Of a stretch of 64,000 bases of DNA, positions 27,738-38,511 are shown piece after piece. Location: contig CAWDTA010000005.1 in the NCBI GenBank assembly GCA_963805085.1, positions 224,001-288,000 of the forward strand. The letters are read 5' to 3'. Position numbers and translations under genes: made by a program. Under the pieces are notes generated by a model, which was given only the letters and a program-made list of their open reading frames with translations, had not been told where the DNA came from and did no database searches. Source of the stretch: an uncultured Veillonellaceae bacterium (GTDB lineage: Bacteria > Bacillota > Negativicutes > JARBTT01). How positions within the stretch are numbered: the first letter of the stretch is position 1; every line of letters begins with the position of its first letter.

Positions 27738-28997
27738 ATGAGACATGATTTTTCAGCAATAAATAAGAAAAAAGTTCTTACGGTAGGCGTAGTTTGTATT
27801 GCTGCTATTGGGATGATTTATTTTTTATTTCATGGCAGTATCAATCAGAATAAAGAAACTAAGGTTAACATTAAGCCAGCCGTAGATACTTATATAGTTG
27901 AGCGCAAAGACATGATGCGGCGGGTGTCTTTATTTGGGCAAACGGTATCAGACGCAAATATCGATATCGCACCTAAATATGCAGGTCGTATCACTGCAGT
28001 AAATGTTACTTTAGGGCAAAAGGTTAAAGCCGGTGATATATTACTTGTACAAGATACTGGTGATCTTGATTTATCAATAGCACAAAACAATGCGGCAACG
28101 CGGCAGGCAGAAGCTGATGCAAAAGAATCAGAGTCTACCTACAATGCCTCTTATCAAAAAGAACAGATAGACTACGAACGTACCAAAACAAAATATGGAA
28201 ATTATCAGTCACTTTATGATCAGGGAGCTATTGCAAAAGAAACATTAGACACAGTTTATCAAGACATGGTCAATAGTAAAGCTGCATTAGATACACTTTT
28301 AAATCAGATAATGTCAGGGGATATTCCTGCAACTGTAGAATCAAAAAAAGCAGCTATGGAAAAATCAAAAGTTGGTACTCAATCTTTGGAGAAGCAACGT
28401 GATGATTTGATTTTACGTGCTCCACGTGATGGAGTGATTGGCTATCGTAATATTGAAGCTGGTGCATTTGTTACAGTTGGTCAGAAACTTTTAACATTAG
28501 TTGATAATAGTAAAATTTATATTGATTGTCAGCTTTCTGAGCAAGATGTAGCTGCAGTTAAAACTGGGGCAAAAGTAAAAGTAGATATTGAATCTTTAGG
28601 TAATAGCTATGAAGGGACGATTATTTATGTGAGTCCGGCAACAGATAGTACAACAAAAAGCTATACTGCCAGAATTGAACTGGATGACAATGATGAATTG
28701 ATTAAAGCTGGTATGTTTGGTCGTACACAAATTGAAATTTTGCAACGTCCCCAAACACTATTTGTACCAAAAGAAAGCGTTATTGAGAAGAATGGAAAAA
28801 TATCTTTATTTATTATTGACAGTGAAAATAAAGCCCAAGAACGTCTGGTTAAGCTTGGTCTGAGAAATGATCTACAGGTAGAAATTCTCGAAGGCCTTCA
28901 AGAGGGAGACAGAGTTGCTGTCACTAATTTAGCGCGCTTAAAGAATGATATGGTCGTTGACATAAATGGTTCAAGCGGGCAGGTGAATAATCCATGA
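27738..28997 (+). CDS. RND efflux periplasmic adaptor (membrane fusion protein)
   Basis: N-terminal TM, lipoyl halves GQKVKAGDIL / LRAPRDGVI, coiled coil, VEILEGLQEGDRV. Confidence 0.92.
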   Translation: MRHDFSAINKKKVLTVGVVCIAAIGMIYFLFHGSINQNKETKVNIKPAVDTYIVERKDMMRRVSLFGQTVSDANIDIAPKYAGRITAVNVTLGQKVKAGDILLVQDTGDLDLSIAQNNAATRQAEADAKESESTYNASYQKEQIDYERTKTKYGNYQSLYDQGAIAKETLDTVYQDMVNSKAALDTLLNQIMSGDIPATVESKKAAMEKSKVGTQSLEKQRDDLILRAPRDGVIGYRNIEAGAFVTVGQKLLTLVDNSKIYIDCQLSEQDVAAVKTGAKVKVDIESLGNSYEGTIIYVSPATDSTTKSYTARIELDDNDELIKAGMFGRTQIEILQRPQTLFVPKESVIEKNGKISLFIIDSENKAQERLVKLGLRNDLQVEILEGLQEGDRVAVTNLARLKNDMVVDINGSSGQVNNP

Positions 28998-31900
28998 ATT
29001 TAACACGTTTTTCCATACAAAGGCCAATTGGAATTTGTATGATTGTTGGGTTTTTTGTTGTGCTTGGTCTATATAGTTTTTATCGCATTGGCGTGGAATT
29101 ATTGCCTGCACTGAATACACCATATGTTACTATATCCGTAAAGTATCCTGGAGCAAGTGCTGAATCGGTGGAGCAGCAAGTCGTAAAACCTTTAGAAGAT
29201 GCTTTATCTTCGGTATCTAACGTCAAACAAATGACGTCAACTGCCAGTGCAGAACAAGCGAGAATCACACTGCAGCTAGAGTTTTCAGCGAATGCTGACT
29301 TTGCTTCTATTGAGGCAACAAAAAAAGTAGATGCGGTTAGATCAAAACTTCCTGATTCTGTTGATGATCCAGTTGTTATCAAACGTGATATCAATGCTTC
29401 ACCAATTGTACAAATTGCAGTGCTGTCAAAAAATTCCTTATCAGATATTTATAGCAAAGCAAGCAATGTTTTTCAGGATCGACTGCAGCAGTCTGACGGA
29501 GTGTCCGAAATAGAGCTGAGTGGTGGACGTGATAAAGAAATTGCCGTAGAAATTGATAAAGATAAGTTGGCATTTTATAAATTAACCTTAAATCAAGTGA
29601 TTAGTAAAATTAATTCAGAAAATGCATTGCTTCCATCTGGATCAATCTATACGACGACTACACAAACGAGTGTGCGAGTAACTGCACAATATAAAGCCGC
29701 AGAGGATATTGAAAAATTGCAAATTACTAACTCTGCTGGAGCTAGTATTCCGATAACAGCAATTGCAAATATTAGGGCACAAGATGTCAGAGCAAATCGC
29801 TATGGTCGTGTAAATGGTCAAGATGCAATTTCAATGGCAATCTACAAAAACAGCGATGCCAATATTGTTTCAACAGCGGATGCAATTTTAAAGAATTTGG
29901 CGAAACTACAAAAAGATTATCCCGATTATGAATTTGTTGTGGTTAATAACTCTGCTGATTATGTTAATAATTCTTTGCATAATACATTAGGTACACTAAT
30001 TGAAGGGTTATGTACCACAGGGTTAGTCTTGTTCTTATTTCTTCGTGGGTGGCGGTCAACTTTGGCGGTAATGATTGCTATTCCAACATCACTCGTATCG
30101 ACATTTCTCATTATGTATATGGCGGGTTTTACCTTTAACATGATGTCCCTAATGGGGATGGCACTTTGCGTGGGGATACTAGTTGATGATTCAATTGTGG
30201 TACTGGAAAATATACATCGGCATATGACGATGGGCAAGGATGCAAAAGTTGCAGCAGAAGATGGTCGTAATGAAATTGGTATGGCGGCCATTTCCATTAC
30301 ACTTTGTGATGTTGTGGTCTTTTTACCAATTGCTTTTATGACAGGAATGACAGGACAATTTTTTAGGCAATTTGGGTTAACCATTGTGTTCGCTACGTTA
30401 TTTTCCTTATTTATTTCGTTTACGCTTACGCCGATGTTGGCTTCCAGATTTTTTTCTAAGGGTTATACTGCACCAAAAGGCAAGATTTGGTCATTTATGG
30501 ATAAGATTGAACATCTTGCAGTAGAAAAATATGATAGAATTCTAAAATGGAGTTTAAATAACCGGAAAAAGATTTTGGTGACTGCATTGATTTTATTTTT
30601 CAGCACGATGAGTTTTATTCCTCTAGGAATTGTCGGTTCTGAATATATGCCACGTACAGATGAGAGCAGCTTTAATATTAATGTTCAGTTACCTGTCGGA
30701 CAGAGTGTCGAACAGACAGATATCGTGATTGCACAATTAGAAGAATTTTTAAAAACGATTCCTGAAGTAAAGTTTTATTTATCCACGATTGGTGGCACAA
30801 ATCAATATGAAGGTAGCATAAGTGTACAACTCTATGACCGCAAAGAACGTGACCGTAGTGTATGGCAAGTCACCGATGATGTACGAAAATTTGCGAATGA
30901 AAATATTAGTGGTGGCGATGTTCAAGTAAAAGAAACCCAATCGTCAGTAGCTGGGGTATCAGGTGGAGTTGGTTCTGGCCGTGGTAGTGGGGCATTTCAA
31001 TTAGAATTGCGTAGCAACGATTTAGATAGCTTGGTTGCTACCTCTTATAAAGTTCAAGATTTATTGAAAAAAAATGTCAATGGATTAAAAGATGTTAGTA
31101 GTTCTTATACCGAAGGTATGCCAGAAGTGCAAATGGTGCTTGACCGAGAAAAATTAAAACAATATAATACATCCATTCAGGATGTTACGAATACTTTTTC
31201 AGCAGCAATCGCTGGTACACAAGCTGGGGTAATTGCTAATGACGTAAAAAATGATGGTAATGATACCGATATTAATGTTAGATTTAAAGGAAGTGACGGT
31301 TTTAAAACTTCTGATATCGCTAAGATACCAATTAATGCAGGCGGTAATATCATCTTTCTTGATGATGTTGCAACAATCAAAGAGGGCGTTGGACCAGTGA
31401 GCATTCGTCGTTCAGATAAACAACGTTCAATTGTTATTGGGGCAAATTTAACCAATCGACCATTAAATGAAGTAATAAAAGAAGCAACAACATTATTAAA
31501 TAAAGAAGACTTAGGCAATGGTGTTAGCTATCGTTTTACAGGTCAGGCTACTAGTATGAATGATACTTTTAGTGAATTACTACAAGCGCTGTCCTTGGCT
31601 TTGGTACTGATTTATATGTTACTTGCTGTTTTATATGAATCAACATTGACTCCATTTATTCGTATGTTCTCGTTACCATTAGGTTTGATTGGTTCAGTAT
31701 TATTGCTCTTCATCACCAATAATACGATCAATCTCTATTCTTTAATTGGTATTTTGGTTATGGATGGACTTGTTGCGAAGAATGGGACATTACTACTTGA
31801 CTATACATTAACGCTCATGGATAAAGGAATGAATGCCCATGATGCAATTATCGAAGCAGGTAAAGTAAGGCTAAAACCAATTTTCATGACGACGCTAACC

Positions 31901-32104
31901 ATGGTGGTTGGTATGCTGCCAACAGCGTTATCCATTACAGAAGGCTCTGAAACACGTGTCAGTATGGCTTGGGTGATCATTGGTGGTTTGTTAACTTCAA
32001 CGGTATTTACCTTAATTGTTATTCCAATTATTTTCTTGTTCTTTGAAAAACATCCAATGCATAGCTGGTGGGGAAGTTTGAAAAGACTAGTTTTTAAGGC
32101 ATAG
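28994..32104 (+). CDS. RND efflux permease (AcrB/AcrD/AcrF family)
   Basis: 1036 aa; GILVDDSIVVLENI, KNGTLL, RLKPIFMT; 4-nt overlap with adaptor gene. Confidence 0.95.
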   Translation: MNLTRFSIQRPIGICMIVGFFVVLGLYSFYRIGVELLPALNTPYVTISVKYPGASAESVEQQVVKPLEDALSSVSNVKQMTSTASAEQARITLQLEFSANADFASIEATKKVDAVRSKLPDSVDDPVVIKRDINASPIVQIAVLSKNSLSDIYSKASNVFQDRLQQSDGVSEIELSGGRDKEIAVEIDKDKLAFYKLTLNQVISKINSENALLPSGSIYTTTTQTSVRVTAQYKAAEDIEKLQITNSAGASIPITAIANIRAQDVRANRYGRVNGQDAISMAIYKNSDANIVSTADAILKNLAKLQKDYPDYEFVVVNNSADYVNNSLHNTLGTLIEGLCTTGLVLFLFLRGWRSTLAVMIAIPTSLVSTFLIMYMAGFTFNMMSLMGMALCVGILVDDSIVVLENIHRHMTMGKDAKVAAEDGRNEIGMAAISITLCDVVVFLPIAFMTGMTGQFFRQFGLTIVFATLFSLFISFTLTPMLASRFFSKGYTAPKGKIWSFMDKIEHLAVEKYDRILKWSLNNRKKILVTALILFFSTMSFIPLGIVGSEYMPRTDESSFNINVQLPVGQSVEQTDIVIAQLEEFLKTIPEVKFYLSTIGGTNQYEGSISVQLYDRKERDRSVWQVTDDVRKFANENISGGDVQVKETQSSVAGVSGGVGSGRGSGAFQLELRSNDLDSLVATSYKVQDLLKKNVNGLKDVSSSYTEGMPEVQMVLDREKLKQYNTSIQDVTNTFSAAIAGTQAGVIANDVKNDGNDTDINVRFKGSDGFKTSDIAKIPINAGGNIIFLDDVATIKEGVGPVSIRRSDKQRSIVIGANLTNRPLNEVIKEATTLLNKEDLGNGVSYRFTGQATSMNDTFSELLQALSLALVLIYMLLAVLYESTLTPFIRMFSLPLGLIGSVLLLFITNNTINLYSLIGILVMDGLVAKNGTLLLDYTLTLMDKGMNAHDAIIEAGKVRLKPIFMTTLTMVVGMLPTALSITEGSETRVSMAWVIIGGLLTSTVFTLIVIPIIFLFFEKHPMHSWWGSLKRLVFKA

Positions 32105-32148
32105 AGAAAGGCAGGTCTGCAATGAAGTTTGCAGCCTGCCTTTTTCTA
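32103..32148 (+). terminator. Intrinsic terminator
   Basis: AGAGAAAGGCAGG..CCTGCCTTTTTCT. Confidence 0.7.
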
Positions 32149-32320
32149 TGATGACAAGGTATGTTTAGATTTTATCAAAATGACTTAGCAGTAGAGTCCT
32201 TTGTACTGTTTGGCATGATCAGGGAATCGTAAGTATCATCATTAGATTTTTTTATTTGACGAAAGCTTGGAAACATCGTAATCTTATAGAAGAATTTTTT
32301 TTAGTAGGTGTTGAAATTAT

Positions 32321-33376
32321 ATGAATCAAATTTTAAAAGCACTCTGTCTTTCTGTGACAGTCGGCGCTTTATTTGCGTTAATTAATGTGCCGTTACCTTG
32401 GACATTAGGGCCAATTGCGGCGATTTCTTTATATTCCTTAAAAACAGGTAAGCGGATTTATTGGCCGATTACGATACGTGATACGGCATTGATCGTACTC
32501 GGTTATGCGATGGGGAGACCCTTTACAGTAGAAACTGGCTATAAAATCCTTGAACATTTACCTTTGATGTTAATTGCAACCCTCATCACCGTATTTGTAG
32601 GAATCCTTGTTGGCTATATTACCCATCGAAAAACTGGGATTAGCCTAGAAACTTGTTTGTTGGGGTGCGTACCAGGTGGATTATCCCAGATGGTGGTATT
32701 GGCGGAGGAAATGGAAAATACCGATCAAACAGCGGTAACGATTATGCAAACGGTTCGTATGTTATCGGTCGTGTTTAGTGTACCATTTTTGACCATGCAT
32801 GTACTTCATGATGGCAATCCAACTGCCGCTGCAGCAAGCGTATCGATGGTAAGTAGTAATGAAATATTGATTTATAGTTGTGTTGCCGTTGCAGGGGCTT
32901 TTTTTGCTAAATTTTTACGATTACCCACAGCTTTTTTGTTAGGACCTATTTTGGTTACTGGTGCTTTTATTTTAGCAACAGGTATTCCAGCACCTATTGT
33001 ACCTTCTTATATTATTAGTACAGCGCAAGTATGTGTGGGTACATATATTGGTTCTAGTATTAATTTAGCTAAAATTAAAATATATCATGGCTTGATGCCA
33101 TGTCTTTTTGTCGGCGTCGCCGGTGTTTTATTTGTATCTTTATTTACGGGGTATATGGTTGTAAAGTTAACCTCAGTATCTCTTGCAACCGCATTTTTGA
33201 GTACTGCGCCGGGCGGGTTAGCCGAGATGGGAATCACTGCGCTAATCGTTGGGGCAGATATCTCGACAATGACGGCGTACCAATTGGTTCGTTTGCTCTT
33301 TATTATGCTACTATTTCCAATCATCGTAAAATTGATTATCAAGTTTCGTGATCGAAACTTATTGTCCAATCATTGA
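32321..33376 (+). CDS. AbrB-family (AidB regulator-like) duplicated membrane protein
   Basis: Internal duplication with PGGLSQM and PGGLAEM, PLPWTLGP / PTAFLLGP. Confidence 0.85.
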   Translation: MNQILKALCLSVTVGALFALINVPLPWTLGPIAAISLYSLKTGKRIYWPITIRDTALIVLGYAMGRPFTVETGYKILEHLPLMLIATLITVFVGILVGYITHRKTGISLETCLLGCVPGGLSQMVVLAEEMENTDQTAVTIMQTVRMLSVVFSVPFLTMHVLHDGNPTAAAASVSMVSSNEILIYSCVAVAGAFFAKFLRLPTAFLLGPILVTGAFILATGIPAPIVPSYIISTAQVCVGTYIGSSINLAKIKIYHGLMPCLFVGVAGVLFVSLFTGYMVVKLTSVSLATAFLSTAPGGLAEMGITALIVGADISTMTAYQLVRLLFIMLLFPIIVKLIIKFRDRNLLSNH

Positions 33377-34062
33377 TTCTCAATTTTATTCACAAACAAT
33401 TTCCCTTTACTATCAATGACCGCATATAAAACTTCAGCTTTATTTCTTATCCCTTGTTTGGCTAATTCATTTTCTAGCCAGGTAAGGGATAAATTATTTT
33501 TCGTTAAGTGCTCATGGAGGATTTCCCCATCCATAATTAACTCTACTGGAAAGGTTGCCTCTGCCATTTTGAGTCCCATATCCGTTTTAGTTACTGGTTG
33601 TTCCAATGTCTTTTTGATTACGCTGAGACCACCTGTTGTTTCTAAAATAGCAAACTGTACTTCACTAATATCAAGGACTCCTTGTTCGCGGAGCTGGGCA
33701 TTTAATTCATCCAAATCATAGCGAAGTTCCTTCATATTTTCTTTTAGAATAGTACCATTTTCAATTACGATTGTTGCCTCACCTTCGATAATCTTACGTA
33801 TGGAACGATTTTTTATGGTAAGATAGGAAAACACATAGGTAAGAATAACAAATAATACTAAATCATAAAAGTGACTCCAGACTTTATCCGGATCGGAAGC
33901 AGCTATATTAGCGGCAATCGATCCAATTGTAATGCCGCTAATGTATTCATAAAAGGTCAACTGCCCAACTTGAGTTTTTCCTAAAAACCGTGTGAAAATT
34001 AATAAACTGACAAAGACTAAACCAGTCTGCCAAGTATCGCGAAATATTTCTTGAAAGTCCAT
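33370..34062 (-). CDS. DUF421 (YetF-like) membrane protein
   Basis: GKTQVGQLT, GITIGSIAA, LREQG, AILETTGGLSV, LIMDG. Confidence 0.9.
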   Translation of the reverse strand: MDFQEIFRDTWQTGLVFVSLLIFTRFLGKTQVGQLTFYEYISGITIGSIAANIAASDPDKVWSHFYDLVLFVILTYVFSYLTIKNRSIRKIIEGEATIVIENGTILKENMKELRYDLDELNAQLREQGVLDISEVQFAILETTGGLSVIKKTLEQPVTKTDMGLKMAEATFPVELIMDGEILHEHLTKNNLSLTWLENELAKQGIRNKAEVLYAVIDSKGKLFVNKIENQ

Positions 34063-34248
34063 TGATGCACCTCATTCTATTATTTAAGTTATGCTTAATA
34101 TGTGCAATAGTAGGAAGAAATAGTCAGTAATATACTCAAAAAGATAAACCTATGGTTCCTTTTTTGAGTATAGACTTTACATATTACAAGTAGACAGGAA
34201 TTTGTATTTCATACATAGAAGTACTATATATTCTAAGTAAAGGAAATT

Positions 34249-34799
34249 ATGTATTTGTTATTGCGGGATTGCTAGTATTGGCTACTTATACTTGGCAATT
34301 TCGCAAAGTTCCCGGTGCAAAGGCGCAGGTATATGGGCAGATTTTGCTAATGCCCGCGAATATATTCGTGGTGTGCAGATGGCTAAAATGGAAACAGAAG
34401 GCTTGGTAGCAGCTTTACAAAACTACGTTACTTGGTTTTGCCGAGAATATGGTTTGGATATTCAACTAGATATTTCGAAGAAATTTGAAGAACAGGATAT
34501 GGGCTCGATTGCTGCATTACAGTTGCTCAGGATCGTTCAGGAAGCTTTGGCTAATATTCGTAAACATGCGAAAGCCAGTCATTGTTCCCTAAAACTGATG
34601 CTGGATGATACCGTGATTCGTGTTATTATTACAGACGATGGTGAAGGATTCGACATTGCCGTGTGTTCTTGTGGGACAGGTTTTGGGTTTACAACAACGC
34701 GTGAGCGCGCTGAAAAAGCTGGCGGCATGCTAAAAATAAAATCAGTTCTTGGTCAAGGGGGAAAAAAGAGTCATAGAAATTCCTCGAATTGCATCTTAG
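34249..34799 (+). pseudogene. NarX/DegS-type sensor histidine kinase remnant (internal deletion plus frameshifts)
   Basis: Short membrane-sensor-like N-terminal piece (VIAGLLVLATYTWQFRKVPGAK) joined out of frame to a HATPase tail (RIVQEALANIRKHA, DDGEGF, GFG); no H-box. Confidence 0.8.
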
Positions 34800-34871
34800 C
34801 TATGGGGGAGAGATACATAAGATAAAGCGGAAAATTTTTTCATAACTTTGATGGAGAGGAAGTTATTTTTA

Positions 34872-35539
34872 GTGAGAGTACTACTTGTTGACGATCATTT
34901 CCTGTTATTGGAAGGAATGGTCAATCTCTTTGCCGCACAGGGAATCGAGGTTGTCGGTACGGCTAGAGACGGATTAGAGGCATTGGAGCAGGCACGCAAA
35001 TTACAACCGGATGTTATTTTGATGGATGTCTACATGCCCCGTTGTGATGGGGTATCAGCTACTCGCTTAATAAAAGCGGAACTGTCGAAGATAAAAATTG
35101 TTATGCTGACGGCCTAGGAAGAGGAAGAAAACCTATTTGAAGCAATAAAAAATGGTGCTTGTGGCTATTTGTTAAAAAATTTGCAGGCAGAAGAATTGAC
35201 TACAATATTTTCTGATATAGAAAATGGCGAGCCCCCAATGGCACTTGGCCTAGCAATGAAAGTTCTGAAAGAGTTTGCTCGCCAGCAAGAGGCTGGTAAA
35301 GAGTCTCTTGCGATAGAAAAAGCACCAGTAGAAGCAAAATTTTCGCCACGGCAGACGATTGTATTATCTCTTGTCGCTCAAGAGAAGAACTATCGTCAAG
35401 TTGCCGAAATTCTTTTTTTAGTGAACGGACGATTAAATATGAGATCAAAGAGATCTTGAAACGCCTCCACTTAAAGAATCGCAGTGAAGCAATTGCCTAC
35501 GCCGCGTGCAGTGGTATTGCGGACGTAAAAGTAGAATGA
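34872..35539 (+). pseudogene. NarL/LuxR-family response regulator pseudogene
   Basis: LLVDDH, ILMDVYMP; in-frame TAG at 35115-35117; frameshift in the T run at ~35413-35419 before SERTIKYEIKEILKRLHLKNRSEAIAYA. Confidence 0.88.
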
Positions 35540-35811
35540 AGAAGAAAAACGAAAGTGCAGTCTGAAAAAGATTGCACTTTTTATTTAATACAATAAAAAG
35601 CCACAGATTTATTCTGAGGCTTTAGAAATAATGAATTGCCATGATTTCAGAATTTACTTCTCCGTGCGCATTTATCTATGTAAAGTGTGCTGAATTACAT
35701 TCCATATTTTCTATGAATATTATACCATAAATCTATTCAAATATTAAGACTGCTAATTATTGGGATTTGCTGATATAATTGCTTATAGACTATGAGGTGG
35801 AAGGTGATTCA

Positions 35812-36525
35812 ATGAAAATTGTAGTTATTAATGGGAGTCATAAAGGAAAGGCTGGCAATACCAATATAATGGTGAATGCCTTTTTAAAAGGAGCGCAGGA
35901 AGCAGGTGCGGAAACAGTAAATATTTTTTTGGCGGAAAAGGAGATTAAATATTGCAAGGCCTGTAAAGCTTGTTGGTTTAATAGCCAAGGGCAGTGCGTG
36001 ATCGAAGATGATATGGCTGAGATAATATCTCTTATGGAAGGTGCAGACATTCGTATCTTGGCTACGCCACTTTATTTTGACAATATCTCTAGTATGCTAA
36101 AAGTCTTTATGGATCGGATGATGGTAACGGCCAATCCTTATTGGGAAAAGGATAAAGATGGGGAATGTCGACATTTCACAACCAGTTTACCTCCGAAATT
36201 AATAATGATAGCCAACTGTGGGTATCCAGAAAGATCTCATTTTCAAGTCATTTCTCATTGGATTAAGAGGCATGCGCGTAACATAAACACAGATATAATC
36301 TGCGAAATATATGCTTCACAAGGTGCTCTTCTGAGTACCAATGCAGATGAGGTGAGGCCGATTATTGCTACTTATCTGAAGGTTTTAGAAACAGCAGGTA
36401 AAGAAATTGCTACCGAAATGAAATTAACCGAGAAAACCGCAAAATTGTTAGAACATAACTTTATTCCTAATGAAATTTACATTAAAAAAGTTAAGCGATA
36501 TGTTGATAATATGCTGAAAAAGTAG
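35812..36525 (+). CDS. Flavodoxin-fold NAD(P)H-dependent FMN reductase / iron-sulfur flavoprotein family
   Basis: INGSHK..GNT, CKACKACW..C, DDM, ATPLYF. Confidence 0.85.
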   Translation: MKIVVINGSHKGKAGNTNIMVNAFLKGAQEAGAETVNIFLAEKEIKYCKACKACWFNSQGQCVIEDDMAEIISLMEGADIRILATPLYFDNISSMLKVFMDRMMVTANPYWEKDKDGECRHFTTSLPPKLIMIANCGYPERSHFQVISHWIKRHARNINTDIICEIYASQGALLSTNADEVRPIIATYLKVLETAGKEIATEMKLTEKTAKLLEHNFIPNEIYIKKVKRYVDNMLKK

Positions 36526-36849
36526 TTTTATCGTGGCCATGAAAAACATTTTGATGAAGTTTTCACTACTTAATAATAAAATATATTAAAGTGGCAGATA
36601 TAAAAGGTAGTGGGGTTATCTTATGCACAAAGTATATTTAGAAATGATAGGTCTAGCTTCACGAATATAAGTATGGAAAGCCTATTCATAAAAATAATAG
36701 GAATGCAATCTAAATAAAAATTGCATTTTTGGGCAATGAAATTTGTGATTTTTAGGAAGCTTATACATAGATTTATGGTAATGCTATCTGATAAAATAGT
36801 AAGGAAAGCTAATATTAGAAAAATATTCTATTATCCGAAAGGAGAGTCT

Positions 36850-37710
36850 ATGTTAGAAAAATCAGTGTGTACAATAAAAAGTAATCTCGTAAAGGGGAAA
36901 ATATGTTTATTAGTTATTTGTCTAGCCGCAAAAATTAGTTTCGGCAATGCAACTGTAACGTTTGCGGCTGATGCAGATACAGTTGAGACTGCACAAGAAA
37001 GCCATGTAATTCCTTATCCTGCTGATTATAATCTGACGAGTGAAGGTGCATCTGCATATCAGGGGATAGGCAATGTCAAAAACTCTCCCTATTACACTTC
37101 AGTGGATTATTACAACCTCAAGTCAACCAATACCTTAACAATTCTGTCGCACTATAAAACGTATCAACAAACAACAGAAATAACCTGTGGTCCGGCCGCG
37201 GTTTTAACCGTTTTACATTATTTTGGTGATACTAACTGGGATGAACAAAAAATAGCCCAAATAATGGGTACAAAACCAGCAGTAGGTACAGAAACGAAAG
37301 GAATGGTTACGTTTTTTAAACAGCTAGGCTGGGAGGTTCAATCAAGTTTGACGACAGAGAAAAATGGTAACACCTTTGCATCGGTAAAGGATTTCAAAGA
37401 ATTTGTAATTGCAAATTTGAAAAATAATACCCCAGTATTGGTTGAAAATATTGATTGGGGCGGGCATTGGCGAGTTATCATTGGTTATGATACGATGGGC
37501 ACAGCTACGGAAGCTGATGATGTTTTGATTTTAGCCGATTCGTATGATACCGCAGACCATTTGCAGGATGGTTATGTCGTAACTTCAGTAGAAAAATTCT
37601 ATTTCATGTGGTTTGATGCCCATATGCTACCCAAAGATCATCAAGAGCAGCAATGGTTAGTAGTAAAACCAGTTAATGGAAATAAAACCAGCAATGAAAA
37701 TCAAAAGTAA
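36850..37710 (+). CDS. Exported C39-like papain-fold cysteine peptidase
   Basis: QQTTEITCGPAA (Cys), GGHWRVIIGYD (His), LADS (Asp); signal-like N-terminus; ATG after AAGGAG. Confidence 0.8.
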   Translation: MLEKSVCTIKSNLVKGKICLLVICLAAKISFGNATVTFAADADTVETAQESHVIPYPADYNLTSEGASAYQGIGNVKNSPYYTSVDYYNLKSTNTLTILSHYKTYQQTTEITCGPAAVLTVLHYFGDTNWDEQKIAQIMGTKPAVGTETKGMVTFFKQLGWEVQSSLTTEKNGNTFASVKDFKEFVIANLKNNTPVLVENIDWGGHWRVIIGYDTMGTATEADDVLILADSYDTADHLQDGYVVTSVEKFYFMWFDAHMLPKDHQEQQWLVVKPVNGNKTSNENQK

Positions 37711-37899
37711 TTATATTCACTTATCCAACGATGTAAACTACTGTCAATGATGCCTAAATCTCTAGCAGCCTCAAGAACAGATTTATCCGTACTTTGTGAC
37801 ATTTTGACGGTTACCGTTTTAAACTGCTTGTCAGATACAGCCATTTTCATAATCTGGTCTATCTTTCGCACTTAACTTTGTGTCCAGATTATTATATCA
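37711..37899 (-). mobile_element. IS3-family remnant (left end plus degenerate OrfA HTH)
   Basis: Minus strand starts TGATATAATAATCTGGACACAAA (IS3-like IRL) and encodes DKQFK..SVLEAARDLGIIDSSLHRWISEY, a transposase HTH; no orfB or right end. Confidence 0.75.
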
Positions 37900-37907
37900 T
37901 CTCCAAA

Positions 37908-37952
37908 AGATAACCAGAAGTTCTGTCTAGGACTTCTGGTTATCTTTTTTTT
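37908..37952. terminator. Terminator hairpin
   Basis: AGATAACCAGAAGT/ACTTCTGGTTATCT plus T run. Confidence 0.75.
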
Positions 37953-37966
37953 GTTCAAAAAACATA

Positions 37967-37997
37967 TTGACATGTCTATAACTTTATACTTTAAACT
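37967..37997 (+). promoter_or_regulatory. MerR-type long-spacer promoter
   Basis: TTGACA-19 bp-TAAACT with imperfect dyad in the spacer; MerR gene downstream in the same unit. Confidence 0.65.
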
Positions 37998-38037
37998 CTA
38001 TATTATCATAAGTGAAATTAGGTAGGGAGTAGTGTTT

Positions 38038-38460
38038 ATGAAAAAGAAAATTTTAAGGATTCGAACATTTTATTGGTTGGGAGCTATTTTGGATGCGCGA
38101 CTTGGAATTGTACTATTAGTAAAGAGATATCTAGAAATGCCGGATTTTATACGAAACCCTGATTCTAGGGCTACGCTATTAGCTGGATTATATAGTGTGG
38201 GACAAGATTGCGGGCTGATGTGGGGATGGAAATTTTTGCTTATTTGGGCAGACCGGAAACCTTTGGCGAGAAGAGGCGTAATATTACTAACCGTATTTCC
38301 AGTCGTTTTTCTCTTGTTGATAAATGTTATAGATATAATTCTAAGAGGCGTTGACGTTATCTCTAACCAGGGGATTAATATTGGAATAGGAATTATTTTA
38401 ATAGTCTGGGGCTTATATTGCTATATTGAGGCAGGAAAAATTGAAAAAGAACTACATTGA
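38038..38460 (+). CDS. Hypothetical 4-TM membrane protein
   Basis: AGGGAG RBS, hydrophobic segments, motif LMWGW..LLIWADRKP..RRGVILLTVFPV. Confidence 0.7.
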   Translation: MKKKILRIRTFYWLGAILDARLGIVLLVKRYLEMPDFIRNPDSRATLLAGLYSVGQDCGLMWGWKFLLIWADRKPLARRGVILLTVFPVVFLLLINVIDIILRGVDVISNQGINIGIGIILIVWGLYCYIEAGKIEKELH

Positions 38461-38511
38461 AATAAAGCAATTACATGTTTTAAGGTGACTCTATTGAGAG
38501 GTGGTATGTAA

